Shown: one piece after another, positions 40,225-49,938 of the stretch
Layout: the number at the start of each line of letters is the position of its first letter
Numbering within the stretch: the first letter of the stretch is position 1
Notes under the pieces: generated by a model
The model's database searches: none
The model's input: only the letters and a program-made list of their open reading frames with translations
What the model was told of the DNA's origin: nothing
Origin: Candidatus Pelearchaeum maunauluense
GTDB taxonomy: Archaea; Thermoproteota; Nitrososphaeria_A; Caldarchaeales; Caldarchaeaceae
Assembly: GCA_030059675.1 (NCBI GenBank)
Contig: JANVYQ010000010.1
Coordinates: 1 to 53,010, forward strand
Length of the DNA: 53,010 bases
Direction: 5' to 3'
Made by a program: the position numbers and the translations under genes

Positions 40225-41409
40225 ATGGGTGAGAGATACGTGAGTGGCGGTTCTCAGGTATTGTTGATGATTCCAGGGCCAACCGACTTGCATCCCCGTG
40301 TTATTGATGCTATGCATAGGCAGATGATAGACCACCGTAGCGAGGAGTTTCGCGAGCTTATGCGCGCATTAGAAGGGCGTTGTAAGAGGGTTTTTGAGAC
40401 GCGTAATGATGTATATGTTCTCACCGCATCTGGGACGGGTGGTGTTGAATGCGCCGCCTCCAACTTGGTTGAGCTGGGCGAAAAGGTTCTCGTACCCATA
40501 GCTGGCGTCTTTGGCGAGAGGATGGCAGACGCGATAGAGGCGTATGGTGGTGAGGTGATTAGAATAGAGCTCCCAATAGGTGAAGCACCAACCCCGCAGG
40601 TAATAGAGAAAAGCTTGGAAGAGAACCCTGATGTAAGCATCGTGGGCTTTCCATACAACGACACCTCCACAGGCACAATAGCTAAAGACCTTCCAGGAAT
40701 AATCAGGGTTTGTAAGGAGCATGGCGCTCTAACCGTTGTGGACGCGGTCTCAATACTAGGCGGCTCCAAGCTCCCAGTTGATGAGCTGGGTATAGATGTG
40801 TGTATAACTGGTAGCCAGAAGTGCCTCGCGGCGCCGCCTGGGCTTGCGCTCATATCATTCTCGGAGAAGGCGCTTGAGAAGGCTGAGAAAAAGAAAAAAC
40901 GCCCGCACTATTTTGACATTATTCAGTATAGGAAGTTCTTGGAAGAACGTCAGGAGACGCCCTTCACGCCTGCTGTCCCCCTATTCTTTGCCCTTGACGA
41001 GGCTCTGAAGATTATCGTTGATGAAGTGGGGCTTGATAAGTGGATTGAGAGGCATCAGGCAGGGGCTGCTGCCCTCTATGCCGCTGCATCAGAGCTTGGC
41101 GTAGAGCTATTCGCCAAAGAGGGCTTTCGCTCACCCACCGTTCTGGCGTTCAAGCCACCCAAGAATACTACCGACGCTCAGATAAGACAGGTAATGCTGG
41201 AGAAGTTCAAGGTGAGAATCGCGGGCGGCTTAGCGCAGTTTCGCGGCAAGATGTTCCGCATAGCCAACATAGGAAACGTGGCTGGAGATAGAATACTACG
41301 AACCATAGACGCCCTCGCCCAAACGCTCCAACAACTAACGGGCAGTAGCAGGCGTGAAGAAGCTTTAGAAGCAGCTAGAAGGGAGCTGGATAAACGCTGG
41401 CCGGGGTGA
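40225..41409 (+). CDS. Class V PLP aminotransferase (serine-pyruvate/alanine-glyoxylate; candidate phosphoserine aminotransferase)
   Basis: LLMIPGPT, DHRS, DTSTG, VDAVS, GSQKCLAAPPG, ETPFTP. Confidence 0.92.
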   Translation: MGERYVSGGSQVLLMIPGPTDLHPRVIDAMHRQMIDHRSEEFRELMRALEGRCKRVFETRNDVYVLTASGTGGVECAASNLVELGEKVLVPIAGVFGERMADAIEAYGGEVIRIELPIGEAPTPQVIEKSLEENPDVSIVGFPYNDTSTGTIAKDLPGIIRVCKEHGALTVVDAVSILGGSKLPVDELGIDVCITGSQKCLAAPPGLALISFSEKALEKAEKKKKRPHYFDIIQYRKFLEERQETPFTPAVPLFFALDEALKIIVDEVGLDKWIERHQAGAAALYAAASELGVELFAKEGFRSPTVLAFKPPKNTTDAQIRQVMLEKFKVRIAGGLAQFRGKMFRIANIGNVAGDRILRTIDALAQTLQQLTGSSRREEALEAARRELDKRWPG

Positions 41410-41416
41410 GGTATGG

Positions 41417-41857
41417 CTGTTCTTTGAAGAGTTTAGTGAAGGCCAGGTCTTCAAGAGCCGTGGAAGAATCATAACCTCAACAGACTTGGAGGTTTTCACA
41501 GCCTTAACGTGGGCGACAAACCCGATATTCCTAGATGATAACGTCGCCAAGTCCCGCGGCCTTCCTGGCCGCGTTGTCCCAGGCGCTCTCACGCTCTCAT
41601 ACGCCATAGGGCTACTCTACCAGCAGGGCATCTTTGACCATATACTGGCGCTCACGGCCATAAACAACCTGTCCTTCAAGTCTCCAGTAATGGTTGGAGA
41701 CGAGATAGAAGCAGAGGCTATAGTCTCCAGTAAGACGGAGACTCAGAAGCCTGGGATGGGAATAGTAAGCTTCGCGATGAGCTGTAGGAACAAGACGAAG
41801 AATACCACATGCTTGCAGTGTGAGATGACTTTCATAATCATTCGCCAAAAATCTTAA
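41417..41857 (+). CDS. MaoC-family (hot-dog fold) dehydratase
   Basis: LFFEEFSEGQVF..RIITSTD..F..LT...NPIFLD, F.SPV.VGD; homology extends upstream of TTG 41486, start tentatively CTG 41417. Confidence 0.85.
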   Translation: MFFEEFSEGQVFKSRGRIITSTDLEVFTALTWATNPIFLDDNVAKSRGLPGRVVPGALTLSYAIGLLYQQGIFDHILALTAINNLSFKSPVMVGDEIEAEAIVSSKTETQKPGMGIVSFAMSCRNKTKNTTCLQCEMTFIIIRQKS

Positions 41858-41917
41858 GCGCTAAAACATGGGATACTAAGAGATAATAACCACCCCTCTT
41901 ATCTTCTCATATGGTAA

Positions 41918-42817
41918 ATGAGCGATTCTGACAGCCTTGGTGTTGAGCCCTCTAACTCCCTCATACTACATGAGGAGGTAATCCCCTCAGTCATCAGCTC
42001 CCTCTCAAAAAACATACGAGCACAACGCTATGTCATCCATCCAGTAATAATAGATGGTAAAAGTCTCATGGTTATTGATGGGATGCACCGCGTAGCGGCT
42101 TTACAGAACTTGGGAATTCCGCTCACGCCAGTCTATCGCGTTGATTATCTGGGCAGTAGTAATGTGAGGCTGTATAGTTGGTGTCGCGTCGTCTCGCATA
42201 GGGTTGGTGGAGAGTATTTCAGAGAGATGGCGAGGGAGCTGGGGCTGTGTGTTAGGAGGGTAAGCCAGCACGAGGCGCGTGAAGGGCTTGAGAAACGTAG
42301 ATACGCCGTCTGCATAATGACGCACTACGACGGGACATTAGCGCTAGGGGGAGAAGACCAAGGTGTGTGGGAAACATACCAGATAATCGCCATGATTGAC
42401 GAGCTCATACGCAGCTACGGGTTATCCTACTCATCCGAGGAGGAAGCGATGAGAAAATTCTCATCAGGTGACGCTGGCTGCATATACCTAGTTCCGCGCC
42501 TGAAGAAGGAGGAGGTGCTGGAAATAGCTCTGAGCGGCAGGCGGCTACCGCCAAAAAGCACACGCCACATAGTTGATAACCGTTCAATGTTCGTATTCGC
42601 ACCTCTAGAATTGCTAAAGCTGGAGAGAAGCGAGGCTGAGTCTAGGCTAGCTGAGTGGCTAAGCGGGAGTAGGGCTGTAAAACTCCCGCCTGGACAGGTT
42701 ATAGATAGAGAGTACGAGGAGACGATAGTCGTTTATCTACATGCGCGCGACGATGTTCTAAAGCTATATCCGCCACAAATCCTAGAGCTCGTCAGCCGAT
42801 TAACCTCATCTCCCTAA
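41918..42817 (+). CDS. serK: ParB/Srx-fold free serine kinase-like protein (SerK/SbnI family)
   Basis: LHEE, IDGMHRVAAL, VDY....VRLYSW and KEEVLEIALSGRRLPPKSTRH parallel the SerK motifs PHE, VDGHHR, YTW and KEEV...PKTTRH (recalled, not aligned). Confidence 0.72.
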   Translation: MSDSDSLGVEPSNSLILHEEVIPSVISSLSKNIRAQRYVIHPVIIDGKSLMVIDGMHRVAALQNLGIPLTPVYRVDYLGSSNVRLYSWCRVVSHRVGGEYFREMARELGLCVRRVSQHEAREGLEKRRYAVCIMTHYDGTLALGGEDQGVWETYQIIAMIDELIRSYGLSYSSEEEAMRKFSSGDAGCIYLVPRLKKEEVLEIALSGRRLPPKSTRHIVDNRSMFVFAPLELLKLERSEAESRLAEWLSGSRAVKLPPGQVIDREYEETIVVYLHARDDVLKLYPPQILELVSRLTSSP

Positions 42818-43724
42818 GCTTAGAGACTATTCTCTCAGCTAGGAGCGTTGCAGCGAGCCGCTGCGCTTCGCGCGTCTCCGCACCTATATGTGGAGTCAGG
42901 ACAACATTATCCAGCTCAAGCAGCTTAATTCCAGTGGGAGGCTCGCGCTCAAAGACATCAAGCGCAGCACCAGCTATCCAGCCCTCACGCAAGGCATGGT
43001 AAAGTGCTTCCTCATCAATCACAGCACCGCGCGAAGCATTAACAATCACCGCTCCGCGCTTCATACGTTTAAGCCGCTCCTCATTAATCATATGACGCGT
43101 ATCATCAGTCAGGGGAACGTGGAGGGTTATGAAATCGGACTCGCTGAGCAGCTTATCCAAATCAACAAGCGTAGCATTCGTCTGTTGTAAAACCTCCCTA
43201 GGTATGTCAATAATATCATAGGCTAAGATTCTCATGCCTATTGCGCTGGCTATCTCAGCTACGCGTCTTCCAATCCGCCCAAACCCGACAACTCCCAGAA
43301 CCTTTCCAGACAGCTCTGTGCCGAGAAGCTCGTGTTTAGGCCACTTTCCCTCTTTTACCAGCCTATCCGCAAGCGCAATCTTCCTAGCGACTGCTATCAT
43401 CATGCCTATCACAAGCTCCGCAACAGCGTTCACAGGAGCTTCAGGGGTGTTGAGAACCACTATGCCGCGCCGCTCCGCTGCTGTGAGGTCTATATTATCC
43501 AGACCAGTTCCAGCCCTGCCTATTATCTTGAGAGCCCTACCCGCGTCTATCACGCTTGAGGTTATCTTGGTCCTTCCCCTAACAATCACAACATCGTAGC
43601 CTGCTATCTCGCCGACCAACTCCTCTGATGAAATTCCTGGCCTATACACCACATCTATCCCAGCATCCTTGAGTAAGGTTAGGGCAGCTTCATCCACAGG
43701 GTCGCATACTAAAGCCCTGACCAT
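42792..43724 (-). CDS. serA: D-3-phosphoglycerate dehydrogenase (short form, no ACT domain)
   Basis: VRGRTK, RAGTGLDNID, GFGRIG, NASRG, LDVFEREP, TPHIGAET. Confidence 0.85.
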   Translation of the reverse strand: MVRALVCDPVDEAALTLLKDAGIDVVYRPGISSEELVGEIAGYDVVIVRGRTKITSSVIDAGRALKIIGRAGTGLDNIDLTAAERRGIVVLNTPEAPVNAVAELVIGMMIAVARKIALADRLVKEGKWPKHELLGTELSGKVLGVVGFGRIGRRVAEIASAIGMRILAYDIIDIPREVLQQTNATLVDLDKLLSESDFITLHVPLTDDTRHMINEERLKRMKRGAVIVNASRGAVIDEEALYHALREGWIAGAALDVFEREPPTGIKLLELDNVVLTPHIGAETREAQRLAATLLAERIVSKLREMRLIG

Positions 43725-43769
43725 ACCAACCCAGATATACGCGTAATGCCCGCTTTATGAGTGTGCAGC

Positions 43770-43840
43770 TGGCTCAGTCCCCGCTCCTATGAGTGTTCTC
43801 GTCATCCCGCTGTTGGAGCGACGTTCATTCATCATCGCCA
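43770..43840 (-). ncRNA. C/D-box-like sRNA 2
   Basis: TGGC-G-ATGATGA (C)...CCAA (D'?)...ATGACGA (C')...CTGA (D)-GCCA; 4-bp terminal stem; TTTTATAG/TATAAA upstream; intergenic. Confidence 0.68.
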
Positions 43841-43931
43841 ACTCTATACCTGCGTTTATAGACTATAAAACATTACGGCCAGCCGTGCTGGGGAAGCTCA
43901 TATACAGGCTATTAGAGTGCTGTGTGCGAAG

Positions 43932-44450
43932 ATGGAGAACTTCCTATGGGCGCTGGCCTACGTCTGGCCAGCCTACGTAACCAACGCAACGCCAGTAGTT
44001 GCGGTTAAGATACTCAAGCGACGCCACCCAATAGACATGCACGCCACTTTCATAGATGGACGCCGCCTGCTAGGTGATGGAAAAACAATAGAGGGATTCG
44101 TCTCAGGCCTGGCGTTTGGCACTCTTATAGGCTTGGCTATGATGCTCCTAATACCAGGCCTCTTCCGCTGGCCCCTGGAGATACTCCTCATAACCTTGGG
44201 AGCAATGATGGGCGATATTGCGGGGACTTTCATCAAACGTAGGCTGGGGATTCCGCATGGAGGCCCAGCGCCCATACTAGACCAGCTTGGCTTCCTAGCT
44301 GGAAGCCTCGCGCTTATTGCTGCCACAATAGGGCTCCCAAAATGGCTTGACATGGTTACGATAGCGCAGCTCGCAGTCTTCACGCTGATAATGCACATAG
44401 CCACCAACGTCTTCGCATATCTTTTAAAAATAAAAGACCGCTGGTGGTGA
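43932..44450 (+). CDS. carS: CDP-archaeol synthase
   Basis: PAYVTNATPV, PID, DGRRLLGDGKTIEG, GDIAGTFIKRRLG, LDQL; start placed at ATG 43932. Confidence 0.93.
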   Translation: MENFLWALAYVWPAYVTNATPVVAVKILKRRHPIDMHATFIDGRRLLGDGKTIEGFVSGLAFGTLIGLAMMLLIPGLFRWPLEILLITLGAMMGDIAGTFIKRRLGIPHGGPAPILDQLGFLAGSLALIAATIGLPKWLDMVTIAQLAVFTLIMHIATNVFAYLLKIKDRWW

Positions 44451-44485
44451 AACTGCTTTATATCAGTAAGCGCATTCACAACAGC

Positions 44486-44776
44486 ATGCCAGTCTACATA
44501 ATTTTGGGAAACTATACCCAGCAGGGTATAGCCAATATCAAGGACTCTCCCAAGAGGCGTGAAGCTGTCAAGAAGATGGTTGAAGAGGCTGGCGGTAGGT
44601 GGCTGGCGTTCTACTACACATTCGGCTAACATGACTTCGTATCCATACTTGAGCTACCCAACGACGAGGTGGCGTTGGAGGTTCTACTAAAAATCGGAAG
44701 CCAAGGAAATGTGCGCACAACAACATTGAAGGCCTTCCCAGAAAATGAGGCAGATAAAGTAATACAAAAACTCTAG
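44486..44776 (+). pseudogene. GYD-domain protein interrupted by an in-frame TAA (44627-44629)
   Basis: MPVYIILGNYTQQG...FYYTFG*HDFVSILELPNDE...GNVRTTTLKAF...KL*; the family pattern continues in frame past the stop. Confidence 0.8.
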
Positions 44777-44855
44777 AGAGTAAGGAAGCGCGCTAAACTG
44801 CCACTAGCAGACCAACTGCGGGATGTTAAGCTATTATTGCTATTTAATTTTCTTA

Positions 44856-44899
44856 AGCATCTAAAATGCTGAAAAAGGTTTTTAGCATGTTCTCATGCG
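44856..44899. promoter_or_regulatory. Candidate operator array (AGCAT/ATGCT half-sites) upstream of the ABC transporter
   Basis: AGCAT-N5-ATGCT-N13-AGCAT-N6-ATGCG; ATGCTGAAAA...TTTTTAGCAT is a near-perfect inverted repeat. Confidence 0.35.
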
Positions 44900-46112
44900 G
44901 CATGACGAGCGGGATATGAGACGCAGTACAAGCGCAGTATCAAAAGCCTCTTCCGTGTTAGTGGTTTTGCTGGTATTGTTCGCTGCTGTAGCGGTGGTGG
45001 GATGGACAAGACCGCCAGAGGTGCAGACGGTAACAGAACGGCTCACAGAGACCAAGACCGTCACGGTAGGCGGGGGAGAGGCCCAGACAGTTACAGTAAC
45101 CCAAACCGTAACGCAGACAGTAGGGGAAGCACCTAAGAAGAAGCTCGTCGTAAGGGCTGTCTTCCAGACGCCTGTGAGCGAGCCTTGGGACGGAGCAATA
45201 CACGCGGCGATACTCGCGGTCGCGGAGGAGTATAGGGCTAAGGGAATAGAGATTGACTACGAGTTTGTCGATAGGAAGGTTGACCCGAAGGAGTATGAGC
45301 TTGCTCTCCGCGATGCGGCCAAGGTTGCCGATGTGGTGTTCCTAGATGCTTTCTTGAAGGAGGATATAGCGAGACGGGTGGCTAAGGACTTCCCAGACGT
45401 GGCTTTCGCGGCTGGGAGCGAGTTCCTACCCACGCCGCCCAACTTCGCCGTCTTTGACAACTGGCTACACCAGCCAGCCTTCCTAGCTGGGATAATAGCT
45501 GGCAAGATAACCAAGACCAATAAGATAGGCATAGTAGCAGCTATGGAGATAAACGAGGTCAATAGGATAGTCAACGCATTCATAGCGGGTGCCAAGACCG
45601 TTAACCCAGAAGTCCAGGCTAAGGTTGTGTATCTGCTGGGCAACATACCCCCAGGCGAGTCTCCCTGGTATCATCCAGCGACAGCCAAGAGGCTCGCAAA
45701 GACGTTGATAGTCTTGGGCTCTGACGTGATATTCGCAGAACGCGTCGGCGCTGAGGAGGCTGCGCTGGAAGCCATGGCGGAGGGCAAGAACGTATGGATA
45801 ATCGGAAACATGGCAGACCAGTACGATAGAGCGCCAGACGTAACCATAACAAGCTTGGTGTGGGATATGAGGCCAACTGTTCGGGTTGTGTTTGAGCGTG
45901 TCCTAGCTGGGACATTCACGGCCGATAACCTGGGAACCTACTCTTGGATGAGCTTTGACGGCTCGTACCTAGCTGATTTCCACCACTTCGGCAAACCATC
46001 ACCACCACTGACGCAGGAGATACTAAACCTAGTGAAGGAGTGGGAGACCAAGATAAAGGAAGGCCAGACCTGGGTGCCCATAATAGAATCTCCACCAATA
46101 TCGGACTTCTAG
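44895..46112 (+). CDS. BMP-family (nucleoside) ABC transporter substrate-binding protein
   Basis: N-terminal TM anchor, Thr/Val-rich linker, FLAGIIAGKITKTNKIG, AFIAGAK.VNP, GSDVIF; start may be ATG 44916. Confidence 0.9.
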   Translation: MRHDERDMRRSTSAVSKASSVLVVLLVLFAAVAVVGWTRPPEVQTVTERLTETKTVTVGGGEAQTVTVTQTVTQTVGEAPKKKLVVRAVFQTPVSEPWDGAIHAAILAVAEEYRAKGIEIDYEFVDRKVDPKEYELALRDAAKVADVVFLDAFLKEDIARRVAKDFPDVAFAAGSEFLPTPPNFAVFDNWLHQPAFLAGIIAGKITKTNKIGIVAAMEINEVNRIVNAFIAGAKTVNPEVQAKVVYLLGNIPPGESPWYHPATAKRLAKTLIVLGSDVIFAERVGAEEAALEAMAEGKNVWIIGNMADQYDRAPDVTITSLVWDMRPTVRVVFERVLAGTFTADNLGTYSWMSFDGSYLADFHHFGKPSPPLTQEILNLVKEWETKIKEGQTWVPIIESPPISDF

Positions 46113-46232
46113 CCAACAATCCAAAAATTATTTTTATTCAATTCACGTAGAAACGGCTCAGAAGATTTATTTCATGAATCTCATACCCGCATTATAAGGG
46201 GATAAGGTATTTAATCCATACACCGTGGTGGC

Positions 46233-47765
46233 TTGGGGAGTATGGTTGCAGCTATCAGGTTGGCTGGCGTCTCCAAGACTTTCATAGGCGGGATACGCGC
46301 AGTGGATAATGTATCCATAGAGCTTGAAGCTGGGAAGCTGTATGGGCTGGTAGGCCCGAATGGCGCTGGGAAATCCACCATGACCAACCTGGTTGCTGGC
46401 TACCTCGTCCCCGATAAGGGTGAAATCTATGCGAATGGCCTCCCCGTGATAGGGTATCACCAGGCTATGGTTCAGTGCGGCGTGGTGAAGGTTGAACAGC
46501 ATCCTAACCTAGCGCCTCTACTCTCGCCAGCGGAGCATCTAGACCTACTGCTGCCAGACCTAATAGCTGGCGGCAGACTCAAACCCAGAGCAGAAGAACT
46601 ACTACATGAGCTTGAGGTCCCCATAAACCTAGACGCTCCTGTTGAGTCTATACCAATAGGCCAGCAGAGGGTCTTCGAGATAGTGAAGGCCTTTATACAG
46701 TGTGAGTTGATAAGTCGCAGAGGCATTAAGCCTATACTCATCCTAGACGAGGCTACGGCGTTCCTCCCCATACACCTGAAGATGGCTCTTAAGAATAAGC
46801 TGAGAAACCTAGTGTCGGAAGGCTATACCATAATCACGATATCGCATGACCTGCCTGAAGTTATAGACATATCAGACGAGATACTTGTCATGACTGGTGG
46901 GAAGATAGTTGCCCGCTTCGCTTCTTCGGGGCTTGATTTGTCGGAGCTTGTTAGGTCCATGTTTGAGACTGAGCAGGTTTTGGAGTCTTTCAGGTCTGGT
47001 GGAAGCGTAGGAGATGGCTCGCCAGAGTTGGTTCTGGAGAGTGTTTCCATCAGGGATGACCGTGGAAACCTCGTCGTCAACGGGTTGAGTCTAGAGGTTT
47101 TAAGCGGAGAGGCCCATGGTGTTGCTGTAATTCCAGGAACAGGAGAGAAGGAGCTCGCCGAAGCAATATACGGGCTTCGCCGCATAGAGTCTGGAAGAGT
47201 AAAGATATTTGGAAAGGAAGCTGGTAGGATGAGCGTTTATGACGTTAGGAGAATGGGCGTAGCCCTGCTCTCGGATGATAGAATTAGAGACGGCCTCATA
47301 TACGATGCCAGTGTAGAGGACAACCTCACCTTGGGTAGGGAGATGGAATACTCCACTATGGGCGGCAAGATAATTGACCCGTGGCGCCGCGAGGAGCTGG
47401 CCAGGAAGCTGATAGATGAGTTTTCAATAACAGCGAAGAGTCTGAAGGCTCCGATATCCATGCTCTCTGGAGGAAATATGCAGAGAGTATATCTTGCGCG
47501 TGTCTTGGGGAGAAGTACGCGTCTACTAATAGCGCTTCATCCGACTGTTGGTTTAGACCCGATGGGCGCTAGGCTCTTCTTCAAGAAAGTAGATGAGCGG
47601 CGTAAACGTGGGTTAACGTCGCTCATATTCTCTCCTGACATAAAGGAGCTTCTTACGTTCTGTGATAGGATTTCCGTCATGCGCGATGGGAGGATTGTCG
47701 GGACTTTCATGCCTGGAGAGGCTGGTGTGGAGGAGCTTGGTATGCTGCTCAGCGGTGTTACGTGA
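46233..47765 (+). CDS. ABC transporter ATP-binding protein (CUT2 type, two NBDs)
   Basis: [33 protein letters not shown]. Confidence 0.93.
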   Translation: MGSMVAAIRLAGVSKTFIGGIRAVDNVSIELEAGKLYGLVGPNGAGKSTMTNLVAGYLVPDKGEIYANGLPVIGYHQAMVQCGVVKVEQHPNLAPLLSPAEHLDLLLPDLIAGGRLKPRAEELLHELEVPINLDAPVESIPIGQQRVFEIVKAFIQCELISRRGIKPILILDEATAFLPIHLKMALKNKLRNLVSEGYTIITISHDLPEVIDISDEILVMTGGKIVARFASSGLDLSELVRSMFETEQVLESFRSGGSVGDGSPELVLESVSIRDDRGNLVVNGLSLEVLSGEAHGVAVIPGTGEKELAEAIYGLRRIESGRVKIFGKEAGRMSVYDVRRMGVALLSDDRIRDGLIYDASVEDNLTLGREMEYSTMGGKIIDPWRREELARKLIDEFSITAKSLKAPISMLSGGNMQRVYLARVLGRSTRLLIALHPTVGLDPMGARLFFKKVDERRKRGLTSLIFSPDIKELLTFCDRISVMRDGRIVGTFMPGEAGVEELGMLLSGVT

Positions 47766-49933
47766 TGCCCCTCAGGATTACTCTAGTCAAGCGCGAGCAG
47801 CCGCCGCTCAGGTATGCGGCTCTCATACCCATAGCATCAACAGCCCTAGCCCTAGCCATGAGCGCGGTCTATGTCATAATAGCAGGCGGAGATGTGGCGC
47901 AGGTCTACTACTATCTAATCACATGGCCGCTGGAGAACCCGTCGGAAATGCTAGTAACCGCGACGCCTCTGCTCTTGCTTGCCCTCGCCGTTGCTATAGC
48001 ATTCAAGGCACGTTTCTGGAACATAGGGACTCATGGGCAGTTTATCGTCGGCGGCCTAATCGCAGCGTGGCTTGGTGTTGAGCTAGGCGGGCTGCCTTCC
48101 CAGATTCTCATACCGCTGATAATGGCGGCTGCATGGCTCGGCGGGGCTGGTGTAGCGCTAATATCATGGTGGCTCAAGGTGAAACGCAACCAAGACGAGG
48201 TTCTAACAACCATACTAATATGGTCGGCCATACTCCTGATAGCCGCTGGCCTCCTCACAGGCCCTATGCGCTCACCATACACAACCTATCCACAGTCTCA
48301 GGAGATAAGCGACAACGCGAAGCTGCCAATACTGGTGCCAGACACGCGTCTTCACGCCGGCGTTGTCATCCCGTTCATTATGGTAGCTGTGCTTTGGATT
48401 CTATTGAAGAGGTCCAGCTTCAGGAATCGCATCATAGCTGCTACCAATCCGCGTGTTTCGGAGCTTGAGGGTATAAGCGTGGCTAAAACATATTTCTGGG
48501 TTGCTTTCCTGAGCGGCGGGATATCAGGCCTAGCAGGCTCAAGCGAGTTGATGGGAGTCCTACTCTACATGACCCCCTTCGTCGGCCCCAACTACGGGCT
48601 TGTAGCACTCGCAATAGCCATGCTCGGAAACCTAGACCCACTGGGGGTGATGATAGCAGCGCTCTTCTTCAGCGTGTTGATAAACGGCGCAAACGCAATG
48701 AGCTGGAATACTGGAGTACCATCATTCCTATCAGACATAATACAAGCCCAGACGCTCATCTTCCTCCTAGTCTTCAACGCCCTCCTACTCTACAAGATCA
48801 AGATAGTACGGCAGCCAGCTATAACGCCGCGCCACGTTGCGCCGCCACAGCCCAAAACAATGGGAAAACAAGTCATGGGGGCTCTCAACATCACGTCGCT
48901 GGCTAGACTAGGGTTAGGCGCTGGCGCAAATAGGGCTCTTGCGGTTGTCGTAGGTATTATAGTCGTCATGGGGCTGTTGCAGGCGGCTTTCCCAGGATTA
49001 AAGGGAAGTTTCGCAGACTCGGTCATATCCAGTATTCTAGGGCTCTCGCTCATAATAGCCACTCCAATAGCCTTCGCCGCCATCGGCGAGACCTTCACCG
49101 AGAGGGCTGGAATACTCAACCTAGGCATACTCGGTATAATGATCTCTGGCGCAGCGTGGGGCTTCATGGGTGCTTACTTCTTCAACAACCTCATGGTAGG
49201 CGTTATCCTGGCTCTCTTGGTAGGAGCGGTCTTCGGCCTACTCCTCGCGTTCCTAGTAGTAACCCTCGGAGCCCAGCAGCACATAGCTGGGATAGCAGTA
49301 ACATTCTACGCGATGAACCTCTCATACTTCTTTCACAGGGTACTGATAGGAGCGCCGCTGGTGGAGCCTAAAGTACCCCTCTCACCCAGCATAGGAATTC
49401 CACTGCTGTCAGACCTGCCTTTCATAGGTGTGCTATTCCAGCAAAACCCCTATGTGTATATCGGCATGTATCTCCTACCGCCCTTGGCGTTGCTCATATT
49501 TGTCAAGACGCGGTGGGGGCTGGTGATTAAGGCTGTGGGCGAGAACCCGCGCGCAGCCGACTCCGCAAGGGTGCGTGTCCATCTAACAAGATATGTTGCC
49601 GCTATGATAGGAGGAGCATTAATGGCTGCTGGCGGGGCGTTCTACTCGCTAATAGACATAAGAGCCTTCAACCTCAACGTGGGCGGTGAGTGGAGCTGGA
49701 TAGCGCTAGCCCTAGTAGTGCTGGGCAACTGGAACCCGCTCTGGGTTTGGATTGTAACGTTCTTCTTCGGGCTGCTCAACGCCGTCCAAGCATGGCTCGT
49801 GGCGACGGTCATACAGATACCATTCCAGTTCTTCCAAGCCATACCCTACGTACTCACCATCGGGATAGCCGCAGCACTAGGTAAGCGTGTTAGGCCGCCT
49901 AAGGCGCTACTATACCCGTACCGACGTGAATAG
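47762..49933 (+). CDS. ABC transporter permease, two nucleoside-type permease domains fused
   Basis: Domain 1 AFKARFWNIGTHGQ; domain 2 GETFTERAGILNLG, VGENPRAADS, IPYVLTI; 723 aa. Confidence 0.9.
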   Translation: MMPLRITLVKREQPPLRYAALIPIASTALALAMSAVYVIIAGGDVAQVYYYLITWPLENPSEMLVTATPLLLLALAVAIAFKARFWNIGTHGQFIVGGLIAAWLGVELGGLPSQILIPLIMAAAWLGGAGVALISWWLKVKRNQDEVLTTILIWSAILLIAAGLLTGPMRSPYTTYPQSQEISDNAKLPILVPDTRLHAGVVIPFIMVAVLWILLKRSSFRNRIIAATNPRVSELEGISVAKTYFWVAFLSGGISGLAGSSELMGVLLYMTPFVGPNYGLVALAIAMLGNLDPLGVMIAALFFSVLINGANAMSWNTGVPSFLSDIIQAQTLIFLLVFNALLLYKIKIVRQPAITPRHVAPPQPKTMGKQVMGALNITSLARLGLGAGANRALAVVVGIIVVMGLLQAAFPGLKGSFADSVISSILGLSLIIATPIAFAAIGETFTERAGILNLGILGIMISGAAWGFMGAYFFNNLMVGVILALLVGAVFGLLLAFLVVTLGAQQHIAGIAVTFYAMNLSYFFHRVLIGAPLVEPKVPLSPSIGIPLLSDLPFIGVLFQQNPYVYIGMYLLPPLALLIFVKTRWGLVIKAVGENPRAADSARVRVHLTRYVAAMIGGALMAAGGAFYSLIDIRAFNLNVGGEWSWIALALVVLGNWNPLWVWIVTFFFGLLNAVQAWLVATVIQIPFQFFQAIPYVLTIGIAAALGKRVRPPKALLYPYRRE

Positions 49934-49938
49934 AGACG

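Noticed and set aside
41918-42817. ParB partition protein indicating a plasmid or integrated element
   Set aside because: No ParA, HTH or mobile genes; the C-terminal PKSTRH motif and serA adjacency favour the SerK family
44627-44629. Stop-codon recoding (Sec/Pyl) in the GYD gene
   Set aside because: The codon is TAA, not TGA or TAG, and TAA terminates many intact genes in this window
45020-45125. Short repeated ACGGTA/ACAGTA-like units as a repeat array
   Set aside because: They encode the Thr/Val-rich linker of the solute-binding protein; there is no repeat-spacer structure
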